DNA of 64,000 bases from a candidate division FCPU426 bacterium (GCA_040756875.1 JBFLYH010000002.1:382526-446525); one strand, 5' to 3'; shown: positions 9,382 through 19,072, numbered from the stretch's first letter. Notes: generated by a model from the sequence alone, not told the origin. Numbers and translations are program-made.

Positions 9382-10506
9382 TCAATATGAAAGCAGTTCA
9401 AGTATCTCTTCGACCTGGGTGTGCTCGTCCTCAGGATACCATATGGCGCTAATGTGGGCATCGGCGAGACGTTGTTCAAGTTGGGTCTTTCGGTCGGGAT
9501 CGGTGGGGCATGGCAAAATTGCGTAGTGGTGCGGGAGAGAGTCGGCCCCGACATCCTGGGCGATCTTGGCGAATGTCTGGATGGTTCGGTCATAGGCGAG
9601 ACTGCAGCCAACAAAGAGAAAGCTAAAGCTGGTATACAGGCGTTTTAAAAGTTTTGGGATTGGGCGTTCAAAGTGGATGTTGCCGTCGTTTCCGTAGGCG
9701 TCGTCGTATTCGCCCTTGTTCAGCACTCGCTCCGAGACGTTGTCGAGGTTGCCGTGAAGTTTGAGCAAATAGCGTTCTCCTGCCGGAATGGCTCGGTAAA
9801 AGGCGTTTACTGAGCCGCGGCCAGTGGTCTTTTCGGCGAAAGCCTTCCCGCACTTTTCATATGCCTTTTCGAGAATGCGATCGAAGTTGGTAGTTATGGC
9901 GCAACTGTCAAAGAGGTCAGGGAGGCGCAACACGGCACCAGAGAGATCGGCGGGTGGGTTGAAATCGCGCTCGAAATCGAGATTGAAGCGGGCGTCGCCG
10001 AGTTTTGTCACAATATCATTCATAACGCCTTCGTAGTCGCCATTCACTTCTAGTCGTTGCTGCACGGCATCTACATCCAATCCAGCATCGGTGCAGAACC
10101 TTAGGAGATATTCCTTCCACTCTGGGCAGCCCACGCTCTTGGACATGCCCGCACCGACGAATGGAATCACGAATCCTCTCTGGCAGGCGCGTTTCAGTTC
10201 CTCGAAGCGACCAAGATTGTTTCTGAATTGTTCGGTATTCAGGATTCGCCCTTTCTCCTCCTGGTCAAAGCGTTTAGCCTCTTGTTCGTACAGATTGCGG
10301 TCACCGAAGTAGAAGGCACGCGCAGGTTTCGCCAACGGAATCTCCTCGAAACGGTCGACCTCGGACACACCGGACTTTATCTTGCGGCAAATAACTTCTA
10401 TATCCTCGAACTCTTCGTCTTGAAGAGCCTCATCAAAGCGGGCATTTCGTCCGATGCCTGCGATTTCCTCGACAGTGGCTTCGGGATCAAATCTAAGCGG
10501 CGGCAT
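9382..10506 (-). CDS. SIR2-like (SIR2_2) domain protein
   Basis: VIPFVGAGMS, ITTNFDRILE, LLKLHG, FLFVGCSL motifs; start overlaps the hsdS stop. Confidence 0.88.
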   Translation of the reverse strand: MPPLRFDPEATVEEIAGIGRNARFDEALQDEEFEDIEVICRKIKSGVSEVDRFEEIPLAKPARAFYFGDRNLYEQEAKRFDQEEKGRILNTEQFRNNLGRFEELKRACQRGFVIPFVGAGMSKSVGCPEWKEYLLRFCTDAGLDVDAVQQRLEVNGDYEGVMNDIVTKLGDARFNLDFERDFNPPADLSGAVLRLPDLFDSCAITTNFDRILEKAYEKCGKAFAEKTTGRGSVNAFYRAIPAGERYLLKLHGNLDNVSERVLNKGEYDDAYGNDGNIHFERPIPKLLKRLYTSFSFLFVGCSLAYDRTIQTFAKIAQDVGADSLPHHYAILPCPTDPDRKTQLEQRLADAHISAIWYPEDEHTQVEEILELLSY

Positions 10507-12121
10507 GGGACTCCTTTCCGGCCGTTAACTCTGCAACAAGAGCGGTAAGTAACTTCTCCCCAGCCGCGCGGGAGGCTGTGAGCTTCGTTTCTAACTCGTC
10601 AACTAAGGCCATCAATTCATCAACTTTGGCCACGATTCGATGTTGCTCGGCGAGAGGTGGGAGGGGAAAGGGTGCTGAAGCAAAATACGATGTTGGTACA
10701 CGTTTTTGCCCAGCTGTGCCGGTCATCTTTGGAATCCCGCCTTCGATAAAATACGAACTCTTTAAATAAATGAGGATGTAGTCAGCTTCAACAAAGATAG
10801 GGCGAACTATGTGAAGTTCTGTCGTTCCCGCTCCAATTCCGTTAGTAAGACTGCGCATCACGGCAGACTTGCCATTCTCGAAGCACGGTGTAATCTTAGC
10901 GAGTGAAACATCACCTTCTGCAAAGTGGGTAAAACCAGTTTTTATCTCGGCCCACTTACGAGTCTCATGCTCATGCGGTGCTCTCCACTTTGCGCTTATG
11001 AGTTTCATCGGCACAAAGGAAGTATCTAAATCGTCCATGGCTTCATTTCGGGGGTTAATCAGTCCTATATCGGATAAAGTACTGAAAACCCAAGAAGCAG
11101 GAAGTTCGAAAGTTGGCTGCAGCACTTCCTCAGGCAACCACTCTTTATCACGGCCAATTGCCTTTTGAAGCTCCAACCGTTTCTTTTCCTCTTTAATCCT
11201 AGAGAGGAGATTCTCCACCGGCACGTCATTGGGATCCTGTGGAACGAGTTTGCCTTGAACGGCAAGTGTAAGTATGGTCTTGCGGAGGTCGGCGGGGGTG
11301 ATGTCGTAGGACTTATGGAAGATAAAGGTGAGATTGGTCGGAGTGGGCGCGTCGGCGAAGCGGGCTAGCGATGCGCGGGCGAGCGCAACCTTCTTTTCCT
11401 CCCGCTGCTTCTGCTGCGCTTCCAGCCGGTCACACAACGTCATCAACTCATCTACCTTCGCCACAATCCGCTTCTGCTCGGCGAGGGGTGGGAGGTAAAC
11501 GGGCATTTCGTGCAGCTTGTCCATCGTGATTCCCTTCACGGTCACACCTGAGCCGACCATTTTGAGCGACTTAAAAAGTAGGTAGGCGAAATCAAGATCA
11601 AGAGCCTCAGTTGGTTCAATCGCCCTCAAGTCTTGATTGATGGCAACCGGGATTCTATTGATCGCCAATTTGCCGAGTCCCATTCGAGTAACAACAAGCA
11701 GCCGGTCTGGAGGGATCAGGTTCGAACTGCTGTTTTTAAGTCCCTGCTCGGTAATCGAGTCGATAGTCGAAACCAGATATTTGTCGTTCTTTATGTCCTT
11801 GACACTGGCCCACGGAATATCGCCATTCCAATAAACAGGGTTGTCTTTTGATGGGGTTCCGCCGCCAGTATTTGATGCGATAAGACAACCGAGCGGAAGC
11901 GCAACCCAACCCTCCGGTACTTTCATGGACTTGTCTGGTATAAAATCAATCAGAGACTTGTTCGCATTGCGGATACAATCGAGTGCGGAACGCTCAGATG
12001 GCTCCTGCTCAACGACCTTCCCCGTCACTGCCAATTGCAGTACTAACTCCCGCATCTTCGTCATGGCATCGGGTGCGTCTGCGAAGAGGTTAAACTTTTC
12101 AAAAAAGGCCTCGATTGTCAT
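10493..12121 (-). CDS. hsdS: Type I R-M specificity subunit
   Basis: Two target-recognition domains separated by PPLAEQ.RIVAKVDELM repeats; LAVQGKLVPQDPND. Confidence 0.93.
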   Translation of the reverse strand: MTIEAFFEKFNLFADAPDAMTKMRELVLQLAVTGKVVEQEPSERSALDCIRNANKSLIDFIPDKSMKVPEGWVALPLGCLIASNTGGGTPSKDNPVYWNGDIPWASVKDIKNDKYLVSTIDSITEQGLKNSSSNLIPPDRLLVVTRMGLGKLAINRIPVAINQDLRAIEPTEALDLDFAYLLFKSLKMVGSGVTVKGITMDKLHEMPVYLPPLAEQKRIVAKVDELMTLCDRLEAQQKQREEKKVALARASLARFADAPTPTNLTFIFHKSYDITPADLRKTILTLAVQGKLVPQDPNDVPVENLLSRIKEEKKRLELQKAIGRDKEWLPEEVLQPTFELPASWVFSTLSDIGLINPRNEAMDDLDTSFVPMKLISAKWRAPHEHETRKWAEIKTGFTHFAEGDVSLAKITPCFENGKSAVMRSLTNGIGAGTTELHIVRPIFVEADYILIYLKSSYFIEGGIPKMTGTAGQKRVPTSYFASAPFPLPPLAEQHRIVAKVDELMALVDELETKLTASRAAGEKLLTALVAELTAGKESHAAA

Positions 12122-13590
12122 TCCTTGTCCTTTACCGTTGACATAAGTGAGTATCGGAGTTCTTGTTTCAGCTTTGCGCGGGTTTCCGCGATCTGTTTGA
12201 GGAGCTTTTCATACTCTGGCAGGAGGTGGTCCAGGTCACCAGGGCCTTCGTCGGGATTATGTGGGTTCTTGAGGTCGAGGTTGTAGTTGCCGGCCTTGAT
12301 CTGGTCTATAGAAACGCGCCAGGCAAATTCGTTCTCGACGCGGGTCTTGAAGCCGTCAGCCTCGTCTCCCCACCACGCCTTCTCGGGTTCGAATTCCTCG
12401 ATACGGATAGGCTTACCCTTGTTATAGCTCTTGGCGCCAGGCGGGTATGGGTGCTCGTAGTACCAGACCTGTTCGGTCTTTGGTCCCTTAGTGAAGAAGA
12501 GCAGATTGGTGCGAATGCCGGTGTAGGGATTGAAGACGCCATTGGGCAGCCGGACAATGGTGTGGAGGTTGCACTCGGCAAGCAGGGCTTCCTTGATGCG
12601 TGTCTTAACACCTTCGCCGAAGAGGGTGCCATCAGGCAGAACGAGGCCGGCGCGGCCGCCGGGCTTGAGAATCTTCATCAGGAGCACGAGAAAGAGGTCG
12701 GCGGTTTCGCGAGTGCGGAACTCGGAGGGAAAATTAGACTCGATGCCGTCTTCTTCCATGCCGCCGAAAGGCGGATTGGTGACAATGACATCCACCCGTT
12801 CCTTCGGCCCCCAATCACGTAAGGGACGGGCGAGAGTGTTGTCGTGGCGGACGTTGGAGGGCACATCAATGCCGTGCAGGAGCAGGTTGGTCATACACAG
12901 GACGTGCGGCAAGTGCTTCTTCTCGATGCCGGAGAAGCACTCCTGGATGTCGCGCTCATCGGCATCGGTCTTGGCCTGCTTACGGAGGTGTTCGATTGCG
13001 CAGACGAGGAAGCCGCCAGTGCCGCAGGCAGGATCGAGGATGGTCTCGCCGAGGCGCGGGTTGATCTGCTCGACGATAAACTGGGTGACAGCGCGAGGAG
13101 TGTAGAACTCCCCGGCGTTGCCGGCGGACTGGAGGTCCTTGAGTAGCTTCTCATAGATGTCGCCGAAGATGTGGCGGTCATCGGAGGCGTTGAAGTCAAT
13201 ACCGTTAATCTTATTGATGACCTGCCGCATGAGGGTGCCATTCTTCATATAATTGTTCGCATCCTCGAAGGTGGTGCGGACGAGAGTGTGCATCCGGTCG
13301 CTGCCGGTTAGGGTTTTAAGCTTAGGCAGAAGGGTGTTGTTGACGAAGTCGAGCAGGGCATCGCCAGTGATGCCTTCCTCGTCCTTGGCCCAGGCGGTCC
13401 AGCGGAGGTGCTTCGGGAGCGGTGATTTATATTCATCCCGCAGGAGCGCCATCTCCTGCTCGCGGTCGTCATAGATTTTAAGAAAAAACATCCATCCGAG
13501 CTGCTCGAGGCGTTGGGCATCGCCGTAGGTTCCGGCGTCCTTGCGCATGATGTCCTGAATGGTTTTAACGACGTTAGAGACATTGGGCAT
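12118..13590 (-). CDS. hsdM: Type I R-M N6-adenine methyltransferase
   Basis: GEFYTPR, DPACGTGGFL, NPPF motifs. Confidence 0.96.
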   Translation of the reverse strand: MPNVSNVVKTIQDIMRKDAGTYGDAQRLEQLGWMFFLKIYDDREQEMALLRDEYKSPLPKHLRWTAWAKDEEGITGDALLDFVNNTLLPKLKTLTGSDRMHTLVRTTFEDANNYMKNGTLMRQVINKINGIDFNASDDRHIFGDIYEKLLKDLQSAGNAGEFYTPRAVTQFIVEQINPRLGETILDPACGTGGFLVCAIEHLRKQAKTDADERDIQECFSGIEKKHLPHVLCMTNLLLHGIDVPSNVRHDNTLARPLRDWGPKERVDVIVTNPPFGGMEEDGIESNFPSEFRTRETADLFLVLLMKILKPGGRAGLVLPDGTLFGEGVKTRIKEALLAECNLHTIVRLPNGVFNPYTGIRTNLLFFTKGPKTEQVWYYEHPYPPGAKSYNKGKPIRIEEFEPEKAWWGDEADGFKTRVENEFAWRVSIDQIKAGNYNLDLKNPHNPDEGPGDLDHLLPEYEKLLKQIAETRAKLKQELRYSLMSTVKDKE

Positions 13591-13593
13591 AGG

Positions 13594-15948
13594 TTAGGCT
13601 ACCTTCTTGTAAAGGGCAATTTCAAGGTCGCGAATAGCACCAAGGTAACTATCCCGGCCGCCAAACAGTTTAATGATTTCCACTGGGGTGCCAAAGGCGC
13701 GGAGCGGGTCCACCTTGAGTATTTCCAGCGACTCGACGCTAGCAATGCCGCTGTCGGCGTACTTCTGAAGAAGGGCATCCAGAACAGCGCGAGCTTTGTC
13801 GCCATACTTACCAAAGACATTCCTCTTCCTCACCCTTTCGGCACGTTCCCGGCGCGTGAGCGGAGGCTGGTCGAAGGCGACGTGGCAAACGAGGTCGAAA
13901 GGATCGTAGTCACGGCCGACCTGCTCGGCAAGTTCTTCGAGAAAAACTCCCTGACTTTCAAGAAGTTTGATAATGGCCTGTTTCCTAGCGGCGGCGTTCC
14001 AAATGGTTAAGAAGTCGCCGAGGGATGCATAGCTCTTGTGGACGGCCTTACGGGTGTAGTCGATGAGGGATTCTGTAATGAGTCGCCCGTTCACGTCAAG
14101 ATACTGGACACGCTCGATCACGACACTGACGGGGACATTGTCCACATAGTAGCGGGGGCGAGGTTGGGAGCCATCGCCGCCAGGGCCGCTATCGGGGGGC
14201 AGCGGGGGCTCTGGTGATTCCCCGCCCGTCGGTGGCTCGTCGGGGGGAATTGGCGGCTCGTCGGGGCCGGGCTCATAGATCTGGACCGGGTCGCCGTCAA
14301 AGTTGGGTTCCGCAAACAGCACGGTGGCACGGCGAAAATCCATGATAGTGAAGAAAAACTTATTGTAGTCCTCGTTGATGCGCGTGCCGCGTCCGATGAT
14401 TTGTTTGAATTCTGTTGGTGAATTAATGATCCTGTCGAGAACAATCAGGTGGCAAGTTTGGGCATCCACCCCGGTGCTCATGAGCCGGGAGGTACAGGCA
14501 ATGACCGGGTAGGTGGACTCGGGGTCAATGAAGTTGTCTAATTGTGCCTTACCCTCATCGTTGTCGCCGGTGATGCGCATTACATACTTGGAGTTGGCGG
14601 CGGCAAGGTCGGGGTTTGCGTTGACCATGGCCTGGCGCATCCGCTCTGCGTGATCGATATTCTCGCAGAAGATGATAGTCTTGGCAAAACGATTGGTGGC
14701 GCGCAGGAACCCGGTAACTTTGGCAGCAACTACAGCTGTGCGCTTTTCGAGGATGAGGTCCCGGTCGTAGTCACGGTCATTGTATTCCTGGTCTGGAATG
14801 ACCTGACCGTACTTATCGGTTTGGCCATCCTCGGGTCGCCAACCGTCCAAGTCTTTGTCGAGGCCGATACGCACGACCTTGTAAGGGGCTAGGAATCCGT
14901 CGGCAATACCCTGGCGCAGTGAATACATGTAGATGGGCTCGCCGAAGTACTCGATGTTGGAAACGTCGCGAGTTTCCTTGGGCGTGGCGGTAAGGCCGAT
15001 CTGGGTTGCCGAGCTGAAGTATGTAAGCACCTGTCGCCAGCGGGCATCGTCCGCAGCACTTCCCCGATGGCACTCATCAACAATAACTAGGTCGAAGAAA
15101 TCGGGCTTGAACTGCCTATAGATGTTCATGTCCTCTTCCGTGCCTGTCACTGCCTGGTAGAGGCTGAGGTAGATTTCAAAAGATTTGTCTACAATGCGGT
15201 TGGTAATCTTCGTCATGGCCTGGCCAAATGGCTTGAAGTCATTCGTTTTCGTTTGGTCGGCTAGGATGTTGCGGTCCACTAGGAAGAGGATGCGTTTCTT
15301 CACGCCAGCTTTCCACAAACGCCAAATGATTTGGAAAGCCGTATAGGTCTTCCCTGTACCGGTGGCCATGACCAGAAGGACCCGGTTTTCGCCGCGGGCG
15401 ATCGCTTCGACAGTACGGTTTATTGCTATTTGCTGATAGTAGCGAGGTGATTTTCCGAAGCCGTCATCGTGATAGTCATGGGTGTTGACCTGTTGTTGGG
15501 CATCAGTCCAACCTTTGGCTCTGCAATAGCGCAACCACAGCTCCTGAGGCGCGGGAAACTGGTCGAGAGGGATTTCCCGTGTCACAGTGTCGGAAGTGGC
15601 GGTACGGTCGTGCTCAAGAAAGGCATCACCGTTTGAACTATAAGCAAAGGGCACATCAAGAATCTCGGCGTACTCCAGCGCCTGGGGCATGCCGGCTCCG
15701 ATCGCCTGATTATTGTCTTTGGCTTCAATAACGGCCAACGGGATGTTGGGCTTGTAGAACAAAAGATAGTCCGCCTTTTTCGCTTCGCCCCGTTTGACTG
15801 TCTTACCGTGAACGATAACGCGCCCTTTGGTGAAGTATCTCTCCTCGGCAATCTGGGTCTGATCCCATTTGTCGCCACGCGCCCCGAGTATAGCAGGTGT
15901 GATGAACTTGGTGCGAATGTCCGCTTCGGTTAGGGCTTTCTTGTTCAT
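13594..15948 (-). CDS. hsdR: Type I R-M restriction subunit (EcoEI/EcoAI-like)
   Basis: ADY...VIEAK nuclease motif, MATGTGKT, DECHRG, QIIGRGTR, EcoEI-type C-terminus. Confidence 0.95.
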   Translation of the reverse strand: MNKKALTEADIRTKFITPAILGARGDKWDQTQIAEERYFTKGRVIVHGKTVKRGEAKKADYLLFYKPNIPLAVIEAKDNNQAIGAGMPQALEYAEILDVPFAYSSNGDAFLEHDRTATSDTVTREIPLDQFPAPQELWLRYCRAKGWTDAQQQVNTHDYHDDGFGKSPRYYQQIAINRTVEAIARGENRVLLVMATGTGKTYTAFQIIWRLWKAGVKKRILFLVDRNILADQTKTNDFKPFGQAMTKITNRIVDKSFEIYLSLYQAVTGTEEDMNIYRQFKPDFFDLVIVDECHRGSAADDARWRQVLTYFSSATQIGLTATPKETRDVSNIEYFGEPIYMYSLRQGIADGFLAPYKVVRIGLDKDLDGWRPEDGQTDKYGQVIPDQEYNDRDYDRDLILEKRTAVVAAKVTGFLRATNRFAKTIIFCENIDHAERMRQAMVNANPDLAAANSKYVMRITGDNDEGKAQLDNFIDPESTYPVIACTSRLMSTGVDAQTCHLIVLDRIINSPTEFKQIIGRGTRINEDYNKFFFTIMDFRRATVLFAEPNFDGDPVQIYEPGPDEPPIPPDEPPTGGESPEPPLPPDSGPGGDGSQPRPRYYVDNVPVSVVIERVQYLDVNGRLITESLIDYTRKAVHKSYASLGDFLTIWNAAARKQAIIKLLESQGVFLEELAEQVGRDYDPFDLVCHVAFDQPPLTRRERAERVRKRNVFGKYGDKARAVLDALLQKYADSGIASVESLEILKVDPLRAFGTPVEIIKLFGGRDSYLGAIRDLEIALYKKVA

Positions 15949-15985
15949 CTGTGGCGAACTTCTTTCATCGGATTGGGTTTTAATC

Positions 15986-16234
15986 TACTTGGGGACGTTG
16001 TATAGATGCCAAATTGTCGCCCCCGCTTCCCCATACCCTGCACCGCAGGGCAGAACAGCGGAAAAATACTTGGGGACGTTGTTTAAATGTCAAATTGTCG
16101 CCCTTGCTTCCTCAAGCCCTGCACCGCAAGGCAGAACAGGTGAGCAGGTCGGTAAATGGGGACGTTGTTTAGATGTCAAATTGTCGCCCCTGCTTCCCCA
16201 CGCCCTGCACCGCAGGGCAGAACAGCGGAAAAAA
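15986..16234 (+). repeat. Three tandem ~81-86 bp repeats (GGGGACGTT family)
   Basis: Core tggggacgttgtttagatgtcaaattgtcgcccctgcttccccacgccctgcaccgcagggcagaacag starting at about 15990, 16071 and 16157. Confidence 0.85.
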
Positions 16235-16237
16235 TCA

Positions 16238-16354
16238 CCCTCACCCTACCCTCTCCCCTGCCTTGCGGAACTCGCAAGGCAGAAAGTTGAGCAGGTGAAC
16301 AGTTGAGCAGTAGATTCACCCTCACCCTACCCTCTCCCCTCAAGGGAGAGGGGA
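16238..16354 (+). repeat. CCCTCACCC..CTCTCCC..GGGAGAGGG REP-like hairpin repeats
   Basis: ccctcaccctaccctctcccc at 16238 and ccctcaccctaccctctcccctcaagggagagggga at 16319; relatives at 29801 and 42459. Confidence 0.7.
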
Positions 16355-16504
16355 ATAATTTAAAATTTTCCCTTATCTTAATCCCGCCTAAATTTATAGG
16401 CAAGGGGTAAATCGGAAAACCGGGATTCTCTATGCACGCTATATTTTTCGCAATTATTCGGCTGGTTGCCGGTCTAAAGCTTAACGCTGTTATAGGAGGT
16501 TGGC

Positions 16505-17026
16505 ATGACCGAGAACAAGGACAAAAATCTCATTCCGCAGGAAATGATCGAAAACAAAATTCATCTGATCAGGGGCAAGAAAATAATACTGGATAGGGAT
16601 TTAGCACACCTTTATCAAGTTGAAACCAATCACTTGACCCGGCAAGTGCGCAGAAACATCGAACGCTTCCCTGCCGAGTTTATGTTTGTGCTTGATTTTA
16701 AAGAGTTTTACAACTTGAAGTGCCATTTTGGCACTTCAAGTTGGGGAGGAACAAGAAAACTACCCTATGCATTTACCGAACAGGGTGTGGCCATGCTTTC
16801 AAGCGTGCTCAACAGTAAAAGGGCCATTCAAGTCAATATCCAGATTATACTCACCTTTACCAAACTGCGGGAAATGATGATGACCCATGTTGAGTTAAAA
16901 AGAAAAATCGAAGAGTTGGAGCAAAAATACGACCATCAGTTCGCGATTGTGTTCGAGGCCATCAAGAAGCTTCTAACCCCGCCGGAGAAACCCAAAAGGC
17001 GAATTGGCTTTATAGCAAATGAGTAA
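16505..17026 (+). CDS. ORF6N domain DNA-binding protein
   Basis: IRGKKIILDRDLAHLYQVET...VRRNIERFP.EFMF...PYAFTEQGVAMLSSVLNS; C-terminal RRIGF; AGGAGG SD. Confidence 0.92.
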   Translation: MTENKDKNLIPQEMIENKIHLIRGKKIILDRDLAHLYQVETNHLTRQVRRNIERFPAEFMFVLDFKEFYNLKCHFGTSSWGGTRKLPYAFTEQGVAMLSSVLNSKRAIQVNIQIILTFTKLREMMMTHVELKRKIEELEQKYDHQFAIVFEAIKKLLTPPEKPKRRIGFIANE

Positions 17027-17091
17027 TCCTCCCAGGGTGTTTCTCCCCCAGAGGGTACGCCTATAATGAGCAGAATTTATAAACAGAGTCT

Positions 17092-17979
17092 TCACTGCCC
17101 GATAATCGTCCAATTGAACGTCGCCTGGGCAGGCGAGCCGGCGGCGTTGTAGGTCACTCCCTGAACACTGGTGGCGGAAACCGCCGCTCCGGAGACGAAC
17201 CCCGCGCCAGACGTAAGGCTGGCGGTGAAAAAAGGCGCTGAGGAAAACCCGTAGCCGCTGACATCCAGCGTGTAATTGCCGCTCCCGTCGGAAGTGGTAC
17301 TGCCGTAAACGATCTTGGGCAGATTGCCAGTGGTGGCCGGGTAATGAAGCGCCTGTGGAGCGAACGGCGCCGAGGCCTGGGTAACCGCGCCTGGCACGAT
17401 ATGGGTTTCCTCTATCGCTCCTGCTGCAATCATGGAACCTTCAATCACACCGGCGCCAGCCAGGATAAAAGCCGAAGAATCATGCCCATCCAGATTATTC
17501 GCATCCGAGGCATAAGTCGCGTTATCCGCATTTTGTGTGGTCAGGGCAGACCCTGCTGTCACGGCGTAGGCGGCAATCGAAACCGAACCTGCATCCAGGC
17601 TGGTGGCCGCGGTCAAGGCATACGGCACGCTGCCTAATGGCTGGCGGGGCAGCATTTCCCGGTCGCTTCCAGCCTTGAGCCCCACGTAATAGGGCTGGTC
17701 GAAAGCCAGGGTCAGGGGGTGGGAAGGGTTGGCGCCAATCACGCAGGTAAAGTATCCGTTCTTGGTCTGCACTGTGCAATCATCGGTCCAAAGCGCGCTG
17801 CTCTCCGGGTCCGAGGGCGAAGCGTAAAATCGTATGGTCAAAGCATACGCGCCGTCCGGCAGGGGCGCGCCGCTCAGGTACGTCAAGCGTCCTTGATAAT
17901 TGATCGTCCTGGGAACATCGGCCAGGGCGGCCTGGGCCGCAAGCAAACCAATAAACGCCAGTAGCAGTATTTTCTTCAT
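17092..17979 (-). CDS. Secreted tail-fibre-like / H-type lectin-like protein
   Basis: Signal peptide, VPRTINYQGRLT...PRQPLGSVPYA N-terminal module, DANNLDGHDS, C-terminal FNWTIIG. Confidence 0.6.
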   Translation of the reverse strand: MKKILLLAFIGLLAAQAALADVPRTINYQGRLTYLSGAPLPDGAYALTIRFYASPSDPESSALWTDDCTVQTKNGYFTCVIGANPSHPLTLAFDQPYYVGLKAGSDREMLPRQPLGSVPYALTAATSLDAGSVSIAAYAVTAGSALTTQNADNATYASDANNLDGHDSSAFILAGAGVIEGSMIAAGAIEETHIVPGAVTQASAPFAPQALHYPATTGNLPKIVYGSTTSDGSGNYTLDVSGYGFSSAPFFTASLTSGAGFVSGAAVSATSVQGVTYNAAGSPAQATFNWTIIGQ

Positions 17980-18009
17980 ATCGAATCCCCCTTTATGCTC
18001 ATGGCCTGG

Positions 18010-18615
18010 CTATCGGATCAGCGCCACCTTGTGTTTGCGGTCAATGAGTATTTCGCCATCCAGGGACTTGACCAGAATCCGGCAGAGATACACACCCGGG
18101 GCCACGCCGGCCGCCTCCCAGGTGGTGATGATATATCCCTGAGCGCCCGGATCTTTTTGCTCGACGATACGCGCCACCCGTTCGCCTGTCAGACGGTAGA
18201 CATCTATCGTTACGTCGGCAGTCCTTTCCACCGCGAGGGCAAAATGGACCTGCTGCTTGGCGGGATTGGGATAGGCCAGCAATCCGCCCTCGTTTATTTT
18301 TAACCCGGCTGTCTGCGTGGGAGTAATGACTGCGGTGGAAGTGACCGAAGGCGTAGCCAGCGGCAGAAAATATTCGTTGAAAAAACCCAACTGGATCGAG
18401 AACAAGCTGCCAAAGCTTTGGCCGGTTAACGGTTCGCCGAGCGAATCATGGGCCTGGATTGCGGAGGCTGTCAGGGTATTCCCCGCGCTGTTCATCATCC
18501 ATTTTTCCACGCAACTGTCAGCATCCGCGCCGAATCCTGCAAACGGCAGGATGAGCAGGCAGGTGAAACCCATGACAAAATTGATGAAATTGCGACCGCT
18601 GGATGCGCTTGGCAA
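18010..18615 (-). CDS. Small secreted protein with T9SS-like C-terminal sorting domain
   Basis: LAYPNPA...VTIDVYRLTGERV...W...VAPGVYLCRI...KVALIR. Confidence 0.7.
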   Translation of the reverse strand: MPSASSGRNFINFVMGFTCLLILPFAGFGADADSCVEKWMMNSAGNTLTASAIQAHDSLGEPLTGQSFGSLFSIQLGFFNEYFLPLATPSVTSTAVITPTQTAGLKINEGGLLAYPNPAKQQVHFALAVERTADVTIDVYRLTGERVARIVEQKDPGAQGYIITTWEAAGVAPGVYLCRILVKSLDGEILIDRKHKVALIR

Positions 18616-18707
18616 TGTTGCCCCCCCGACTTCCCCGGATTGTACGCCTATTCGACTGACTTTAAAAGTGGTTTTGGGGGGTTTTAAGGATGGAAAGAGG
18701 TGCGGTC

Positions 18708-18734
18708 TTTAAGGTCACAATTTGTGACCTTAAA
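18708..18734. repeat. Isolated perfect palindrome resembling the ORF6N internal palindrome
   Basis: tttaaggtcacaa-t-ttgtgaccttaaa. Confidence 0.6.
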
Positions 18735-18794
18735 AGCGAAGACGCCACCGCAAATATTTACCTCAGGTTTTGCCGGATTCCTGCTTTTTGCGAT

Positions 18795-18827
18795 AAAAAA
18801 AACGGCCCTCGGAAGAGGGCCGTTTTT
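18795..18827 (-). terminator. Intrinsic terminator downstream of cspA
   Basis: aaaaaaaacggccctc-ggaa-gagggccgttttt. Confidence 0.85.
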
Positions 18828-18868
18828 GTACCTTACAGCGGGCGATAAATTACCGCCCGGGGACTGGC

Positions 18869-19072
18869 TTAGGCAATTTTGGAAACGTTGGCTGCTTGCG
18901 GCCCTTTGGGGCCGTCTACGACGTCGAATTCAACCTTGTCCCCTTCTGACAAGCTCTTGAACCCCTCGCCTTTGAGGGCCGAAAAATGCACGAACACGTC
19001 TTTGCCGCCTTCGCGTTCCAGAAAACCAAACCCTTTTGCGTCATTGAACCACTTCACTTTGCCTTGAATCAT
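18869..19072 (-). CDS. cspA: Cold-shock protein
   Basis: [40 protein letters not shown]. Confidence 0.95.
   Translation of the reverse strand: MIQGKVKWFNDAKGFGFLEREGGKDVFVHFSALKGEGFKSLSEGDKVEFDVVDGPKGPQAANVSKIA

Noticed and set aside
15986-16234. CRISPR array
   Set aside because: The repeats are about 69 bp with only 12-17 nt linkers, two of them near-identical; no cas genes are present
15869-16403. ORFs 15869-16306 and 16176-16403
   Set aside because: Translations of the repeat arrays
16505-17979. Prophage (ORF6N + tail-fibre-like gene)
   Set aside because: No integrase, capsid, terminase or other phage genes; the fibre-like protein has a signal peptide
18700-18960. 86-aa ORF beginning MRSLRSQFVTLK
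   Set aside because: It runs through a terminator and antisense to cspA; only the palindrome is meaningful
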